From contig NC_057751.1 of NCBI RefSeq assembly GCF_004010195.1, positions 7,578,446 to 7,642,445 of the forward strand: DNA of 64,000 nucleotides, written 5' to 3'. A model generated the notes under the pieces. The model was given only the letters and a program-made list of their open reading frames with translations. It was not told the origin of the DNA and searched no databases. How positions within the stretch are numbered: the first letter of the stretch is position 1; each line of letters opens with the position of its first letter. Source of the DNA: Chiloscyllium plagiosum. Taxonomy: Eukaryota. Positions 24,301 to 36,879 of this stretch are shown in pieces. The translations under genes and the position numbers were made by a program.

Positions 24301-24616
24301 TCGGCAGAGGGAAGGCAATACTGGCAAAACATGTTTTCTTACACTTATAGTGGGTTTGCCGGGTTTTCACCCGGGGATGATGGATTCAGGATTAAAATAT
24401 TGGGCAGCTAGGGGTGTGTCTGTTTATTTGAGGGAGATACAATGATGTATTTTGATCAGTTAGCATGGAAATACAAGCTTTCTAGCAGGGACCTCTTTCG
24501 TTTTTTTTTAAGTTAAGGATTTTATTCAAAAGAAGACTACACTTTTGACTGATTCTTATAATCTGACATAGAGAGGAAGGTGCTCAGAGCTAAGAGTACA
24601 CTTTCTGTCAGCACTA
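21362..24616 (+). pseudogene. L1 ORF2 (APE endonuclease + RT), disrupted
   Basis: MANDLLKWCTWNIKG; LGLVDVWR; ISDHAPV; GKVPGPDGLPSEFYKEF; QGCPFS; ISLHADHVL (decayed YADD); YLGIFI; RIALIKMNILP. Confidence 0.9.
21927..22250 (+). mobile_element. Young full-length HE1/V-SINE inserted in L1 ORF2
   Basis: A box TGGCACAGTGG, B box GGTTCAATTCC, V core, CpG-rich body, (TAATC)n tail. Confidence 0.93.
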
Positions 24617-25377
24617 GGACCCATTAAAGATCAAATCGCTCTTTGAATGGATCAAACTGACCAGAGATACAAAAGGACCGCCAAGACTTGAAATGATTAT
24701 CCGAAGGGAGTGCTGCAAATTCTCAGCACAGCGAGGCCTGGTCTGTTGGATGAAGACCCTGTTTTGTGGGGAGTGGTCTCATCCAGCAGCTGGGAACACC
24801 GGTAAGGGGGATGGGGAGAGGTGACCCAGTGATCCATTTGAAGGTGTGGGAGGCGAGGGACTCTCCCCCATGCCCCCCTCCAGCTGGAAAGGACGGAAGA
24901 GGCCGCACAGTTTCGGCTACTTTGCACTCCCGCTCCCCCCCAACTCAGAAGCCGTTGGTCTGGCAGAGGAGATGGTGTCATTCACAACACAGCCTGTACA
25001 TCTTTATGGTGAGCTATGGTGTGAGACAAGATTTAAAACATCAGCTCAGAGGACAATAGATGAGACTGTTTAGCACGAGAAAGCAAGTATGTTATTCCAA
25101 AGATGTGCCATTTAGCTCACCACGTTGGACATCCCACTGATTTACACCCAGTTAAACTACTAAACAGGATCTACCTTTCCTTTCCTTTCCACTTTCAATG
25201 TAAGCAATTTGTCCTGGCACTGGGTTGTACTGCCACAAATACATTCAGTTGACGTCTCATCTGCTTCAGGGCAGGGAGTGCACACTGGCTGTTTGACTGG
25301 ATGCCGACTGTTGGCATGCACTTCTGAGCCAGGCTCATACTGTCCCCCAGGTCTCTGGAATGTGCAATCTGTCAAAC

Positions 25378-25662
25378 CAAGTTGGAGGGTTTGAACTACA
25401 GGGAGAAGCTGAATAGGCTGGAGCTATTTTCTCTGGAGCGTTGGAGGCTGAGGGTGGTGCGTGTATGGAATGAGCTGCCAGAGGAAGTGGTGGGGGCTGG
25501 TACAATTACAACTGGATGGGTACTAGATAGGAAGTGTTGAGAGGGTTAAGGGCAAAATGGTGGCAAATGGGACTAGAGTCATTTAGGATATCTGGTCAGC
25601 ATGGACGGGTTGGACCAAAGAGTCTGTTTCCGTGTTGTACAACTCTATGATTCTACAACTCT
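25378..25662 (+). mobile_element. CR1 3' fragment with internal deletion
   Basis: ...GGAGGCTGAGGG is joined directly to TGGTGCGTGTATGGAATGAGCTGCC. Confidence 0.82.
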
Positions 25663-26257
25663 AAGTTAATCTTCGCAATATCCCCAAGTCTTCCTTCACA
25701 ATGAATCCCACTCTGCCTGTTTGTGCTTCAAAAGTGATACTGTCTGAGTGCCACACGATGGTGAAGTGCAAGCAGTGGGTGAAACACATGGCTCTGTGTC
25801 AGATAGCTGTAGTTCCAAATGCCCCTCTGGAGACTGATCACCAGAAACCAGTTGGACGCAACATTAAAAGGGTGCTGCTGTTTCGGATAGAAATGCCATC
25901 TTTGCAATGAGGCATTTAACTGCTGTTCCGTTTGCTCTCCAGATGGTTTACATAACATCCCTTGGATCAGGAGCAGGAACAAGTCAATTGGCCCTTCAGA
26001 AAGGTCACGGTTGATCTGGTTGCTCAAGGTACTGCCTATCCTGGATAACCTCACTCCCGTTACTCATCAAGAGTAGAGTGCCTTCTGCCTTCAAAAGTAT
26101 TTCAAGGCTCTGCTTTCACTGCCCTTTTGGGGAAAGAGACAGACAGCATTTGATATCATCTGCATTGTATGAGCCAGTATCAAATATCGCAAGATCAGAA
26201 CAAATTGTCTTCTCATTTGTTTCACGGCTGGTTGTGGGATCTTTCTGTGCGTGAATT

Positions 26258-26868
26258 AAGAACAAAGAACAATACAGCACAGGAACAGGCTCTGAGACCT
26301 TCTAAGCCTGCACTGACACATTTTGCCCTTCCATTCTAAAACTGTCTTCACTCATGGGATCCATTTCCCTATATCCCCTACCTATTCATGTACTGGTCTA
26401 GATGCTTCTTGAATGCTGCTATAGTGTGTGTTTCCACCATCTCCTCTGGCAGCCTGGTCCAGGCACTCACCCACCTTTGTGTGAAAAACATACCTCACAC
26501 ATCTGCTTTAAACTTATGCCCTCGCACACCTTGAACTCGTGTCCCCTAGCAATTGACCCTTCGACCTTGAGAAAAAGCCTCATACTTTCCACTCTATCCA
26601 TGCCATTCACAATCTTATAAAGTTTGACCAGGTCGCCCATCGGCTTCCTGCATTCCAGTGAAAACAAATCAACTCTATTCAACCTTTCCTCACAGCTAAA
26701 ATCCCCCATATCAGGCAACATCCTGGTAAACCTTTTCTGTTCCCTCCCCAAAGATTCACCCTTCTTCTGAGAATGTGGTGACCAGAACTGTACGCAATAT
26801 TCCCAGTGTGGCCTAATGAAAGTTCTGTAAAGCTGCAGCATAACCTGCCTATCCTTATACTCAATGAA
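26258..26868 (-). mobile_element. CR1 3' fragment
   Basis: LQLYRTFIRPHWEYCVQFWSP...RFTRMLP...GHEFKV; (TTCTTTG)n tail. Confidence 0.9.
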
Positions 26869-27157
26869 TAAAAACAAATCACTTTAGAACCATTCTGGTA
26901 AATACAGTACATAGTTTGAAACAAATTGACATTTATAGCCTTTGATATGACAATTGTTGTGAGATTTGAAAATTCATTAATTGGCTATGGAGTATTTTGA
27001 GACGTCCTGAATTTACTGCTACACTTCCCAACACTACAATGTGACCGCACTTCTGAAGGACTGAATTGGCTGTCCAGAGCTCTGTATTGGTGAAACTTGG
27101 GGCAAAAATAGGCCATTCAGTCCTTCCAGCCTGTTCTTCCGTTTCACATAGTCATTG

Positions 27158-27248
27158 TGTGATAACTATGTGATCTGCTTGTATTGCTCACAAGACAAAG
27201 CTTTCCACTGTGTCCCGGTACATGTGACAATAAATTCAATTCAATTCA
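27158..27248 (+). mobile_element. Rex1/Babar-like LINE 3' tail inside an old antisense CR1
   Basis: AAAGCTTTCCACTGTGTCCCGGTACATGTGACAATAAA followed by (TTCAA)n. Confidence 0.55.
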
Positions 27249-27967
27249 TTGTCTCTTAAACATAAAAATCCATCTCTTTCTTGAATATAATCAGCAACTT
27301 GGAATCCACAGCTTCTTGTGGTCACACACTTCACAGACTGACCAGCCTCTGCATGAAGAAATATTTCCTCATCTTAATCCTCAATGGCCTAACAACCTGT
27401 CCTCAGACTGTGTCCTCTGGTTTTAAACTCCCCAACCTGGGAAAATATCCTCCCTACAATCTAAACCCCAGAACAGTGAGCTGTCAGTCCTGTTCATGTT
27501 TCAGCCAAGTTTCTGTAAAAGCTCTGAAATCCCAATCCCATGTACTTAAACACACTCTGAGTTTATCAGCCTTATCTGGAAGACCCCTTGCACTGAAATA
27601 AATGCAATTTCGTTCTTCAGAGTTACAATGTACCCTGATTCTCTCTTTTCTTTCTTTTCTAATTGGTGTGCTCTCTTCACATTCAGAACCTTCCCCACCA
27701 ACCTTTCTATTTACGCCATGACTTGTAATTCCTCCACTCTCCTCTCTATCTGTATAAAGTCTCTTTGGGTGGAACGAGCAAAGCTCCCTGCTAAGATATG
27801 GGTCCCTTTCCAGCTCGGGTAAGACCTATCCTCTTTGAACAGGTCTTTTCTGTCCCAGAGGAGACTCCAATGTGTGCAACTGGACTTGAAATCATACAGA
27901 ACTGAGATTCCAGACAACATCTATGTTGATCTTAGCTGGGCAGTTGTAGGGGTGGCACAAGTTGAAG

Positions 27968-28186
27968 GAAAAATTGAGGACTGCAGATGCTGGAGATCAG
28001 AGTCAAAAAGTGTGGTGCTGGAAAGGTGTGGTACTGTGGTCAGGCAGCATCCGAGGAGCAGGAGAGTCGACGTTTCAAGCATAAGCCTTTCATCACATTC
28101 ACGGTGAAGAGCTTATGCTCAAAACATCGACTCTCCTGCTCCTCGGCTGCTGCCTGACTGGCTGTGCTTTTCCAGCACCACACTAC
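27968..28186. mobile_element. Palindromic Penelope-like insertion (two inverted pLTR ends)
   Basis: Inverted arms meet near 28095-28103; TSD GTGGCACA(A)GTTGAAG at 27952-27967 and 28187-28201. Confidence 0.85.
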
Positions 28187-28707
28187 GTGGCACAGTTGAA
28201 GTCAACCTTCCTGAGGTAGAACAGGTAAGTGTTTGCACTTGATGCGGATAACTGGTCCCGTCTTGGAAACTGGTTTCTGCTGAGCACAGACGAGAGCATG
28301 ATTTGAGGTGGGAACTTGACTGTCAGAAAAAGCTCCCAAGAAGCAGCTCCAAAGGAATTTTGAAGTCTGGCAGCACTGAGGGACTTGCATCTCAGCAAGT
28401 GCCTTCAGCTTTGAGCCAAGGGGGAAGTGGGTGGAAGTGTGGACAAGCCCCTGATCTCTCCTCGTGATGCTCTCTTGGGTGCAAAGCTCACCACCTCTTC
28501 TTGAAAGTGGTCCCTTTGAAGACAGGTGCAGGCAGCAGCCGCTTGAGTTCCTCCTCTTCACCCCCCCCTCCATTAGCCCTCCCCACCATCACCAACGACA
28601 TCTGCCAACACGGATGAGGTTGGAGACGATGTGGTTTTGCCAAGAGGCTCCTTCACCTCATCCCAACAACAGTCTACTCACTCTCACTGGATGTCATTTC
28701 TCTGCTT

Positions 28708-29146
28708 TGCAGAGAAGATTTACCAGGATGTTGCCTGGAATGGAGAGGAAGTCGTATGAGGATAGGTTGAGAGTTCTCGGCCTTTTCTCATTGGAACGGC
28801 GAAGGATGAGGGGTGACTTGATAGAGGTTTATAAGATGATCAGAGGAATAGATAGAGTAGACAGTCAGAAACTTTTTCCCCGGGTACAACAGAGTGTTAC
28901 AAGGGGACATAAATTTAAGGTGAAGGGTGGAAGGTATAGGGGAGATGTCAGGGGTGGGTTCTTTACCCAGAGAGTGGTGGGGGCATGGAATGCGCTGCCC
29001 GTGGGAGTGGTAGAGTCGGAATCATTGGCGACCTTTAAGCGGCATTTGGATAGGTACATGGATGGGTACTTCATCTAGGTTAGAAGTTCGGCACAACATT
29101 GTGGGCCGAAGGGCCTGTTCTGTGCTGTATTGTTCTATGTTCTATG
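28708..29146 (+). mobile_element. Young CR1 3' end with open ORF2 C-terminus
   Basis: [12 protein letters not shown]...[18 protein letters not shown]...FFTQRVVGAWNALP...FKRHLD; (TTCTATG)n tail. Confidence 0.95.
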
Positions 29147-29889
29147 CTTATTGTTCCAATCCCTGCCCCAGGTTTGTGTGAGTGAGTACGCTGCAGTCAG
29201 GGAAGGAGGAGGGAGTGGGCTGCGACTGACACTGGCCAAGCTCATTATTATACCAAGGAGAAATTCATCAGCCTGCACCGGTAGTGAACGTGGCTCCCTG
29301 AGGTTGTCTAATTGCTTCTGCAATTGCAGTACCCGAACTTAATTATTTTGAACACAAGGATCAGCATACATAATTAGGACAGGGGAAAAAAAATTAAGAG
29401 GCTATCCCATGAACATTCATAAAGCAAATTAACTCCCTGCTTTTTGTGAAAAAAAATCTCTTGTGAAATATCTACATTTGTCCTGAGAATCACTTCCTTA
29501 AATACATCAAGTATAATCAACTCTAATTAAAAGGGTAAGCCTTCCATTTTACAAACATGTCACTCAACAATTAATTTGCTAGCGCCCACAGTGCCTCTCA
29601 AGGGCTCTGATAAAATGATGAGTTTGCAACACGAGAACGCAGTTCTGTATTTTATTGGTCCAGTGAACCGCGATTCATAAAGCTTCTGACCAATCATTAA
29701 CTCTGTTTCTCTCTCCAGCTGCTGTCTGGCCTGCTGAGATTGGCAGCATTTTCAGTTCTGGTGCCCGCTAAGACTGGCCACTGAACCTGTATTTCCTCTC
29801 AAGCTACATCAACTCCATCTCTCGTTTCCTATCGTGAACAGGCTCCAGGTGCCCTATCCCACACAACATTCATCTTGACCCTGACCCGA

Positions 29890-30250
29890 TCAACAATGCA
29901 TTGCATTTATCTAGCACCTCTGGCACAGCAGACCTTTGTCACAGGAGTGTCACCAAGCAAAACACTCTTGGCACACTTGGAGCTATCAGGGAGGATGAAC
30001 AGAATCTTGACAGAAAAGAGACTTATTTTTAGGGACAGGTCTAAAGGGGAAAGAGAGGTAAAGGGGTTCTTGGAAGGAACCTATGGCACCTCAGAGCTCA
30101 GAAGATGAAGGAACTGCCAGCCATGGTGGTACAATTAAAACTGGTGATGTGCAAAAACCAGGAGTCAGAAGGGTGTAGAGGTTCTGGAAGGAGGAGTCGC
30201 TGGAAGACGATGCAGAGAAAGGGAAGGGGACAATGTGGATTCTGAGTGAG
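29890..30250 (-). mobile_element. L2 LINE 3' fragment
   Basis: Similar to 10700-10890; minus-strand tail AGGTGCTAGATAAATGCAA. Confidence 0.65.
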
Positions 30251-30309
30251 CTTCTCGCTGGTGTATGACAAAGCCAATCCATGAGGTAGACTCCTCCCCT
30301 TGACTGCAT

Positions 30310-30412
30310 GCACACACACTTCCACACACACACACACACATGAACACACAAAAACAAACACATACACGCACACACACATGTACATCCCCCCAACACAACA
30401 TATACACACACA
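30310..30412. repeat. Imperfect (CA)n microsatellite
   Basis: Seen directly. Confidence 0.95.
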
Positions 30413-30529
30413 ACTTCTCATGTCATGCACTCCTCAGTCATGTGAATAATGCCTCCATTCTAACCCCATTCAGGACGGCGAAATGCAGTTCAATCTGACC
30501 TGTGGGGTCTCATAAGGGAAGGATATGGT

Positions 30530-31670
30530 AGGTCTCGAGGGAGAACTGAACAAGAAAAGGCACCTTGGTGTAGAAGTCCATAGATCCCTGAAGACATCAG
30601 TACAGATCGACAGGTTGCTGAAGAAGTTATATGGGATGCTTACCTTCATTAGCTGAGGCATGGAATATAGGAGGAAGGTAGTCTTGTTGCAACATTACAG
30701 AATATTGGTTCAGCCAGGATGAAATACTGTACATTTGTGGTCGTCTCAGTGTCTGAGGGATTGCATTAGTGAGGGTGCGGAGGAGATTCACCGCAACAGA
30801 AAGTCTCAGCTATGAGGAGAGAGAATCATCTGGGTTTGTTTATCTTGGAGCAGAGGAGGTTCAAGGGCATGTGACTGAGGTCTCCAAAATTATGAGAGGC
30901 GCAGACAGGGTAGATGTGAGAACAGAAAGAGATGACCTTACAGAGGTTTATAAAGTCATGAGGGGTATAGATAAGGTTAATCGTAGGTGCCTTTTTCTGA
31001 GAATGGGAAATTTCAAGCTCGGGGGAAAATTTTGAAGATGAGACGAGACAGATTTAAGAAAGAGAAAGAGCAAAGATTTTACACAGAAGGTAGCATGCAT
31101 ATAGAACGAACTCTCAGAGGAAGTGCTGGATATGGGCATAATTACAATCCTTAAAAGACAGTTTAAATAATGCTTAAAAGCTCATGAATAGGAGAGGTTT
31201 GGAAGGATATGGGCCAGGAAAAGCCTTAATTTGGGATTATGTTCGACATGGATTGGTTGGACCAAAGGGTCTGTTTCAGTGCTGTAATACTCCATCTACC
31301 TAAAAACAAAACTTGTCGAGAAAGCTCAGCAGGTCTGGCAGCATCTGCAGAGAGAAAGCAGGGTTAAGGTTTCAGTTCCATTGACCCTCCTTCAGATCAT
31401 GAGAATCTTCTCCTCATGGTAGATGCGTCTAAGACCAAAGGACATATATTTAAGGTGAGTATTAAGTGGCTCAGAGGAAATCTGAGGGTGGCAGAAACAT
31501 GCAACATGCTGCCTCAGAGGGTGGAGGAGGCAGAACCTCTCGTAACATCCATGAAGTATCTGAATGAGAATAGATAAGCCAGGGCATAGTCTGCTATGGA
31601 CCAAATGCAGGTAAACGGGAATAGTATAGTTTGGTGTTTGCTGGTTGGCTCAGACCTATTTCTATGCTGC
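30530..31670 (+). mobile_element. Old CR1 with a nested younger CR1 3' end (~30925-31295)
   Basis: Two successive EVxKxMRGxDxV motifs; old element resumes near 31400. Confidence 0.75.
31302..31397 (-). mobile_element. Penelope-like pLTR end with decayed hammerhead motif
   Basis: Minus strand: CTGAAGGAGGGTCAATGGAACTGAAACCTTAAC...CAGATGCTGCCAGACCTGCTGAG. Confidence 0.65.
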
Positions 31671-32334
31671 ACGACTCTCTACGACTTTAGGCTTTGTGTT
31701 AACATTGGAAGGGACTTTTGGTGGGAGTTTACAGAACTATAAAAGCACACATAAAAGGAACACCTTGATTGAACATCAGAGGAGGGGACACTTTATGAAG
31801 GAGGCATGTCATTTTGTTACATTATCATTCCCTGAAGAGAGAATTACTGTTGAGTCGACCTGAAAATGGATTTTACATTGCCAACTAAAGAATAAATGAA
31901 AAAGGTGAATAAAAAGGCTGATCAAGAAGATAACACAGACACCGTTTCATCAGTCTTTTCGGCAGCCTCTTAACAGCTGAAAGAACATGCATTTACAAAG
32001 CATCTTATCACATTTCTCACCGCTTCCTGAAATGCGTTGGCAACAATGGACTCTGAAATGTATTCAGTGTTGACATCTAGGTGAATGTAGCACTGATCAA
32101 ATGACTTTGAGATTGTCTTAAAAAAATGTTTATTCTGCTCTTCCTTGAGGCACTGGGAGAATGTCCTGAAACTCACTCCCTCACAGTACTGTGGACACAC
32201 TGAAACTATACAAACTGCAGTGCTTCAAGGAGTGAGCTCAATGTCAGTGTCTCAGTTAGGAAAGGGCAGCATGAACAAACAAAGATAAGAACAAAACTTC
32301 ATCATCACTGGCAAGGTTGGAATTTATTGTCTGT

Positions 32335-32913
32335 TGGTATGGAGCAGACGAGAACCCCTCAAAATATATTAAGAAGGTAGCCCAGACCCTAACTTATTCT
32401 GATTTTAAAGGTAAATGTCAGATGCTGTGTTCCTGGTGCAATCAAACTACTCCAGGTTAAGCCAAACACATTTGATTCAAACATGATAGTTAATAAACAA
32501 CCAAAGAAGAACTTGGAATAACTTCACTCTAGTGAAAAACTTAACAGAATCATAGATACAGCAACAATTACTAATTAACTGTTCCAACACAGTGACATCC
32601 CATAAACAAAAAGGCAAATTCAGCAAACAGATTTTGTCTCACATGTGATCCAGGAGCTCTGGCGCAGAAGCCCAAGCTTTTGGCTGGAACTGAGAGAGGG
32701 GAAAATAGCTTCCACTCCTTCAAGATCCCAGCAACAAGTGCCAAAAGCTAACTAAAAATCCTGGATCTGTGACACCCACTCAAGCTGCTTCTATTGTTCC
32801 AACTTAAAAAAAAACCAAGGCCTCACAAGTTGTTTATCTTCCCACAGACTGTTCAGCACCTATTCCCTACTCTCTCTCTCTCTAAAGGAAACATACCTCA
32901 TAGCATAGTCAAA
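32335..32913 (-). mobile_element. Near-complete solo-LTR-like element
   Basis: AACCCCTCAAAA..AAGAAGGTAGCCCAGACCCTAAC is shared with 13804; distal half is shared with 2241-2711. Confidence 0.68.
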
Positions 32914-33177
32914 GCGGCTCTTGCTGTTATGTGCAGGTGGTGGGAAGTTTACATTTAACATTTTTCCATATTCCCAAAATATGAGACAATTGGAATCTTG
33001 AGCTGTGGTCAAATGAGGCCTTGGGTTAACATCTAAGCTGAGAGATGAAATTTTGAACATTGTTGCTTTCCTTTGGCCATGTACCTATGTGTCAGCCTAG
33101 AATTTCTACATAAGGGACTGAAGTGAGACTTGTACACACGACTTCCAAAGTGAGGGGCTGACCACAAACCCCTCATG

Positions 33178-33327
33178 GCAGGCAGGCTCCCTGCCTCTAT
33201 TCCTGATGAAGGGCTTTTGCCCGAAACGCCGATTTTCCTGCTCCTTGGATGCTGCCTGACCTGCTGTGCTTTTCCAGCACCACTCTACTCCAGACTCGGG
33301 TTTCCAGCATCTGCAGTCCTCGTTTTT
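33178..33327 (+). mobile_element. Short Penelope-like pLTR insertion
   Basis: 17-bp TSD ACCACAAA(C/T)CCCTCATG at 33161-33177 and 33328-33344. Confidence 0.85.
33199..33234 (+). ncRNA. Minimal type I hammerhead ribozyme motif (mutated cleavage triplet)
   Basis: CTGATGA (33203-33209), A, GGGC-TTTT-GCCC stem II, GAAAC, then GCC where other copies have GTC. Confidence 0.7.
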
Positions 33328-34577
33328 ACCACAAATCCCTCATGTTTTCAAATTAAGCTTGAAGAAAATTTTTATGGACAAATTTCAAAGCCAGTGTGAT
33401 GCCAAATGTATAGAGCATATGTTTCAGCAATCGATTGAGTAGAACAAACAGTATATTCCCTTCATTGCTTTTAATAGGTGGACTACAGATGCTACTAAAT
33501 AAGGGCGCAAAGGCAAAACCCAAAGCAAGCAGCTTGATATGATTCCATGAGTGGACAGCACTTATTGAAAGGTAGCTAAACGAACAACTGATTTGGGATG
33601 GTCAGTGGAGGCCACAACATGGCTGATGAATGCTTGCCAGAAATTACATCCATTCACATGCATGGACCTCCTCCTCAATGCAAACAAAAGGAATATGTTC
33701 AAGCTTTCTGCTTCTTTCAATTATCCAGGAGCTAGGCAAGCCAAGAGTTCCCCAGTGCTTGCTCCATAGCAACACCTCAACCACAGTCCAAGTGCCAAAT
33801 GATCAGCATCCCTTTCTCCTTTGGTATAAGCTGTGGTGATATTCTGAAATCTGGCATGCTTACATTTATCCTCAAGCGTGCAAAATGTAAAGTTCAGAGC
33901 CATGTTTCTTTTTTTCAACAATACCAGTCTCTCCCAGTTTCACACAAACCATTAACAAAGGTGGTCAAACGTTGGACCAGTCCCCAATGTGTTCTGCACT
34001 GACTCAATGATATCCCTCCCGCACACAAACATCAGCAAAGCTCTAGTGCACTCACGAAAAACAACATTCACTTCCTGAATCAACACATCAGTCACAAGAG
34101 CCGATTCCAGCTCAGACCTGTGACCTCGTCAAGAGCACTGCACAAGAAATGTACAAGTTCTAGGTTCTTCGGGTTGAGATTATAATTGCAAAAGCATGAA
34201 AAAAAGACAACTTAGCAATTGAAAAGTTCAAATTGCAAGAGGTAACTCTCCCCTTTGCTATAATGTGGCATTCCGCAGGTGACAAGTGACATTTAAATAT
34301 ATATATTTAAAATAATTGGTGTGACCCAGAAATCACACTGCAGTCGGACTGTTCAAATCAGTACCATAAATCAAACTGGTTTTCTCCTAAGATGGATGTG
34401 CAAGGTGCTAATCAACATTCTTTCAGCCAAAACACTGTGACCTTCAGAACAACATCGATCTGATTGTTTTCTTGTCTCAAAGGTGCTTGAAAATAGTTTT
34501 GTTCTCACCCACTCATGGTGACAGCAAGTAATGGGCTTGTATACGGCATTTCATTGTGAAGGGTCGGGTGTGTCAAA

Positions 34578-35352
34578 GACTCATTGAGATGTACAGCACG
34601 CAAGCAGATCCTTCAGTCCAACTCGTCCATGTCGACTGTATATCCTCGATTAATCTAATTCGCATTTTCCAGCATTTGGGCCATATCCCTCTAAATCCGT
34701 CCGATTCATGGACCCATCCAGATGCCTTTTAAATGTTGTAATTGTACCAGCCTCCACCACTTCCTCTGGCAGCTCATTGCATACACGCACCACCCTCTGT
34801 GTGAATAAGTTGTCCCTCAGGTCCCTGTTAAATCTTTCCCCTCTCACCTTAAACCCATTTCCCCTGTCCTGGGGAAAAGACCTTGACTATTCACCCTAGC
34901 CATGCCCCTCATGATTTTATTAACCTCTATAAGGTCACCCCTCAGCTTCTAGTGCTCCAGGGAAAACAGCCCCAGCCTGTTCAGCCTCTCTTGTAGCTCA
35001 AACTCTCCAACCCTGGCAACATCCTTGCAAGTCTTTTCTGACCGGTTTCAATTTTCACAAAATCTTTCCTATACCAGGGAGAACAGAACTGAACACAGTA
35101 TGCCGAAAGTTGCCGACCCAATGTCCTGTACAACTGCAACATGACCTCCCAACTCCTATACTCGATGCACTGACCAGTAAAGGAAAGCATACCACCAAAT
35201 GCCTTCTTCGCTACCCTGTCTACCTGTGACTCCACTTGCAAGGAACTATGAACCTGCACCACAAGGTCTCCTGGTTCGGCAATAGTCCTCAGGATCTTAG
35301 CATTAAGTGTATACGGCCTGCCTTGATTTGCCTTTCCAAAATGCAGCACCTT
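34578..35352 (-). mobile_element. CR1 3' fragment
   Basis: LHFGKANQGRPYTLN...LQLYRTLGR..CVQF; RGERFNRDLRDNLFTQRVV. Confidence 0.92.
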
Positions 35353-35662
35353 AGATGTGATGGTTTCAAGAAGACAAATTGTTTTTGTTTATTTGGCTGA
35401 TGAGTGCCTGTCGTTGGCTTTTCCTGTTCATACGATACTCTGCCTGTTCATATCGGTCCTGAGGAGTGCAGGATGGAAAACTCTGACAACATATCTCTTT
35501 TCTCAGTGAGAGAGAAACAAAATACCTACAAAACCTTTTTTTCCAAGATTGGGGTCAACAAAATTCAGAGCAGGACAAAAGCAAACCATCAGGCTCCTTC
35601 ATGTTCATGCCAGATAAATAGAAATGACCAAAGGGGAGAAAGGGGGAAAGAGAAAGCCATGT

Positions 35663-35688
<26 letters not shown>
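35663..35688. repeat. (GA)n microsatellite in a purine-rich tract
   Basis: Seen directly. Confidence 0.95.
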
Positions 35689-35693
<5 letters not shown>

Positions 35694-36879
35694 GAGGGAC
35701 AGAGAGGAGGCACGGAGAGGACGGAGGGACAAAGATGGATGCAGGGAGGGATGGACAGAGGAGGTGGGGGAGGGGGGGATAGAGAAAGTGCAAGGAGAAA
35801 GAATCATGGAATCATACAGCAGAAAAGAGGCCCTTTGGCCCATCGGCCCATCAAGTCTGTACTGCCAAAGCTTCATTCAATCTCACTTGCCCCACCTTCC
35901 AACACTAGCCTTGAATGTTATGTCATTTCAAGTGCACACCCAAGTACTTTTTAAAGAGACAGTCGCAGGCAGAAAGAGAGAGGGAAGAGAGGGAGAGAGA
36001 CCAATTGATCATTAATCACGTCTGGATCTGAACAGCATCTGCAAGATATTCAACCAGCTGCAGCTTCACAAACAAGACTCCTCCTGGCCTCATCCAAAGC
36101 CCAGATGATGCTTTTCTGCCATGGGTCACAGGAAGGCAGACAGGAGCAGGAACCTGACTCTAAGACTTCAAACACATGGAGCATAGTTTTAACAGCACTA
36201 CACATTGACTTGAACATTCAAGCAGGGACTGCAAAACTGGATTCGTCTTTGCATCACTGACTGATTCATTCTCACTCAGAAACTGGCTGTAGGTTTGCTG
36301 TAATGTCATCGGGTCCACACTCCTGGACATGCACAGAATTCCCACGTACCACATTACCTCCCATTCAATCCCAATGTACAGAATTGCTAATCCAGGCATG
36401 ATAATGCAATGTATATTCCAGGCATGAAATTATCTCCAAGTTACTGACGTTTTCAACATTCAACAGGGCCCAAACCTTACATGATCAGAGAATCAACTTT
36501 CTGCTTCCTGCGAAAGACGATTAATCAGGTCCTGCCTTCTGTGATTTGGCAATTCCAAGTGACTGGCCCAAAATGAAAGTGATCTTACAACAACTTGATG
36601 CACATACCTCACGAGGTAAGTGGTCCTTTAAGGTACAACTATTAACAAGAATCTTTGGTTGAGATAATGTCCTATGCACCTCAGAAAAATCAGCAAGCAC
36701 TTCACCTTCAGTTACACAGAACTGCATTTGCGAAAAAACTGAGGCTATTTTGTGCACAGCAGGAGTCTACGAAACAGCAGTGCTCTTTCAATACAAGAAT
36801 GGAATTTCAACTCAGGCAGAATTCAACCATCACCACAACATCTCCCCAGCCTCACCAAAAGATAATAAACCTGTGACCC

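Larger units (their letters stand above)
19700..24616 (+). mobile_element. L1-clade LINE, 5'-intact, 3'-truncated, decayed
   Basis: GGGGATCCAAGATGGC start, ORF1, ~670-bp T-rich spacer, ORF2 with EN and RT motifs; no CCHC domain or polyA tail seen. Confidence 0.9.

Noticed and set aside
28202..28231. Perfect donor CAG/GTAAGT
   Set aside because: No convincing upstream acceptor or recognisable frame; expected by chance in 64 kb.
28464..29078. 204-aa ORF as a host-CR1 fusion gene
   Set aside because: The N-terminal part is unrecognisable and simply in frame with a young CR1 tail.
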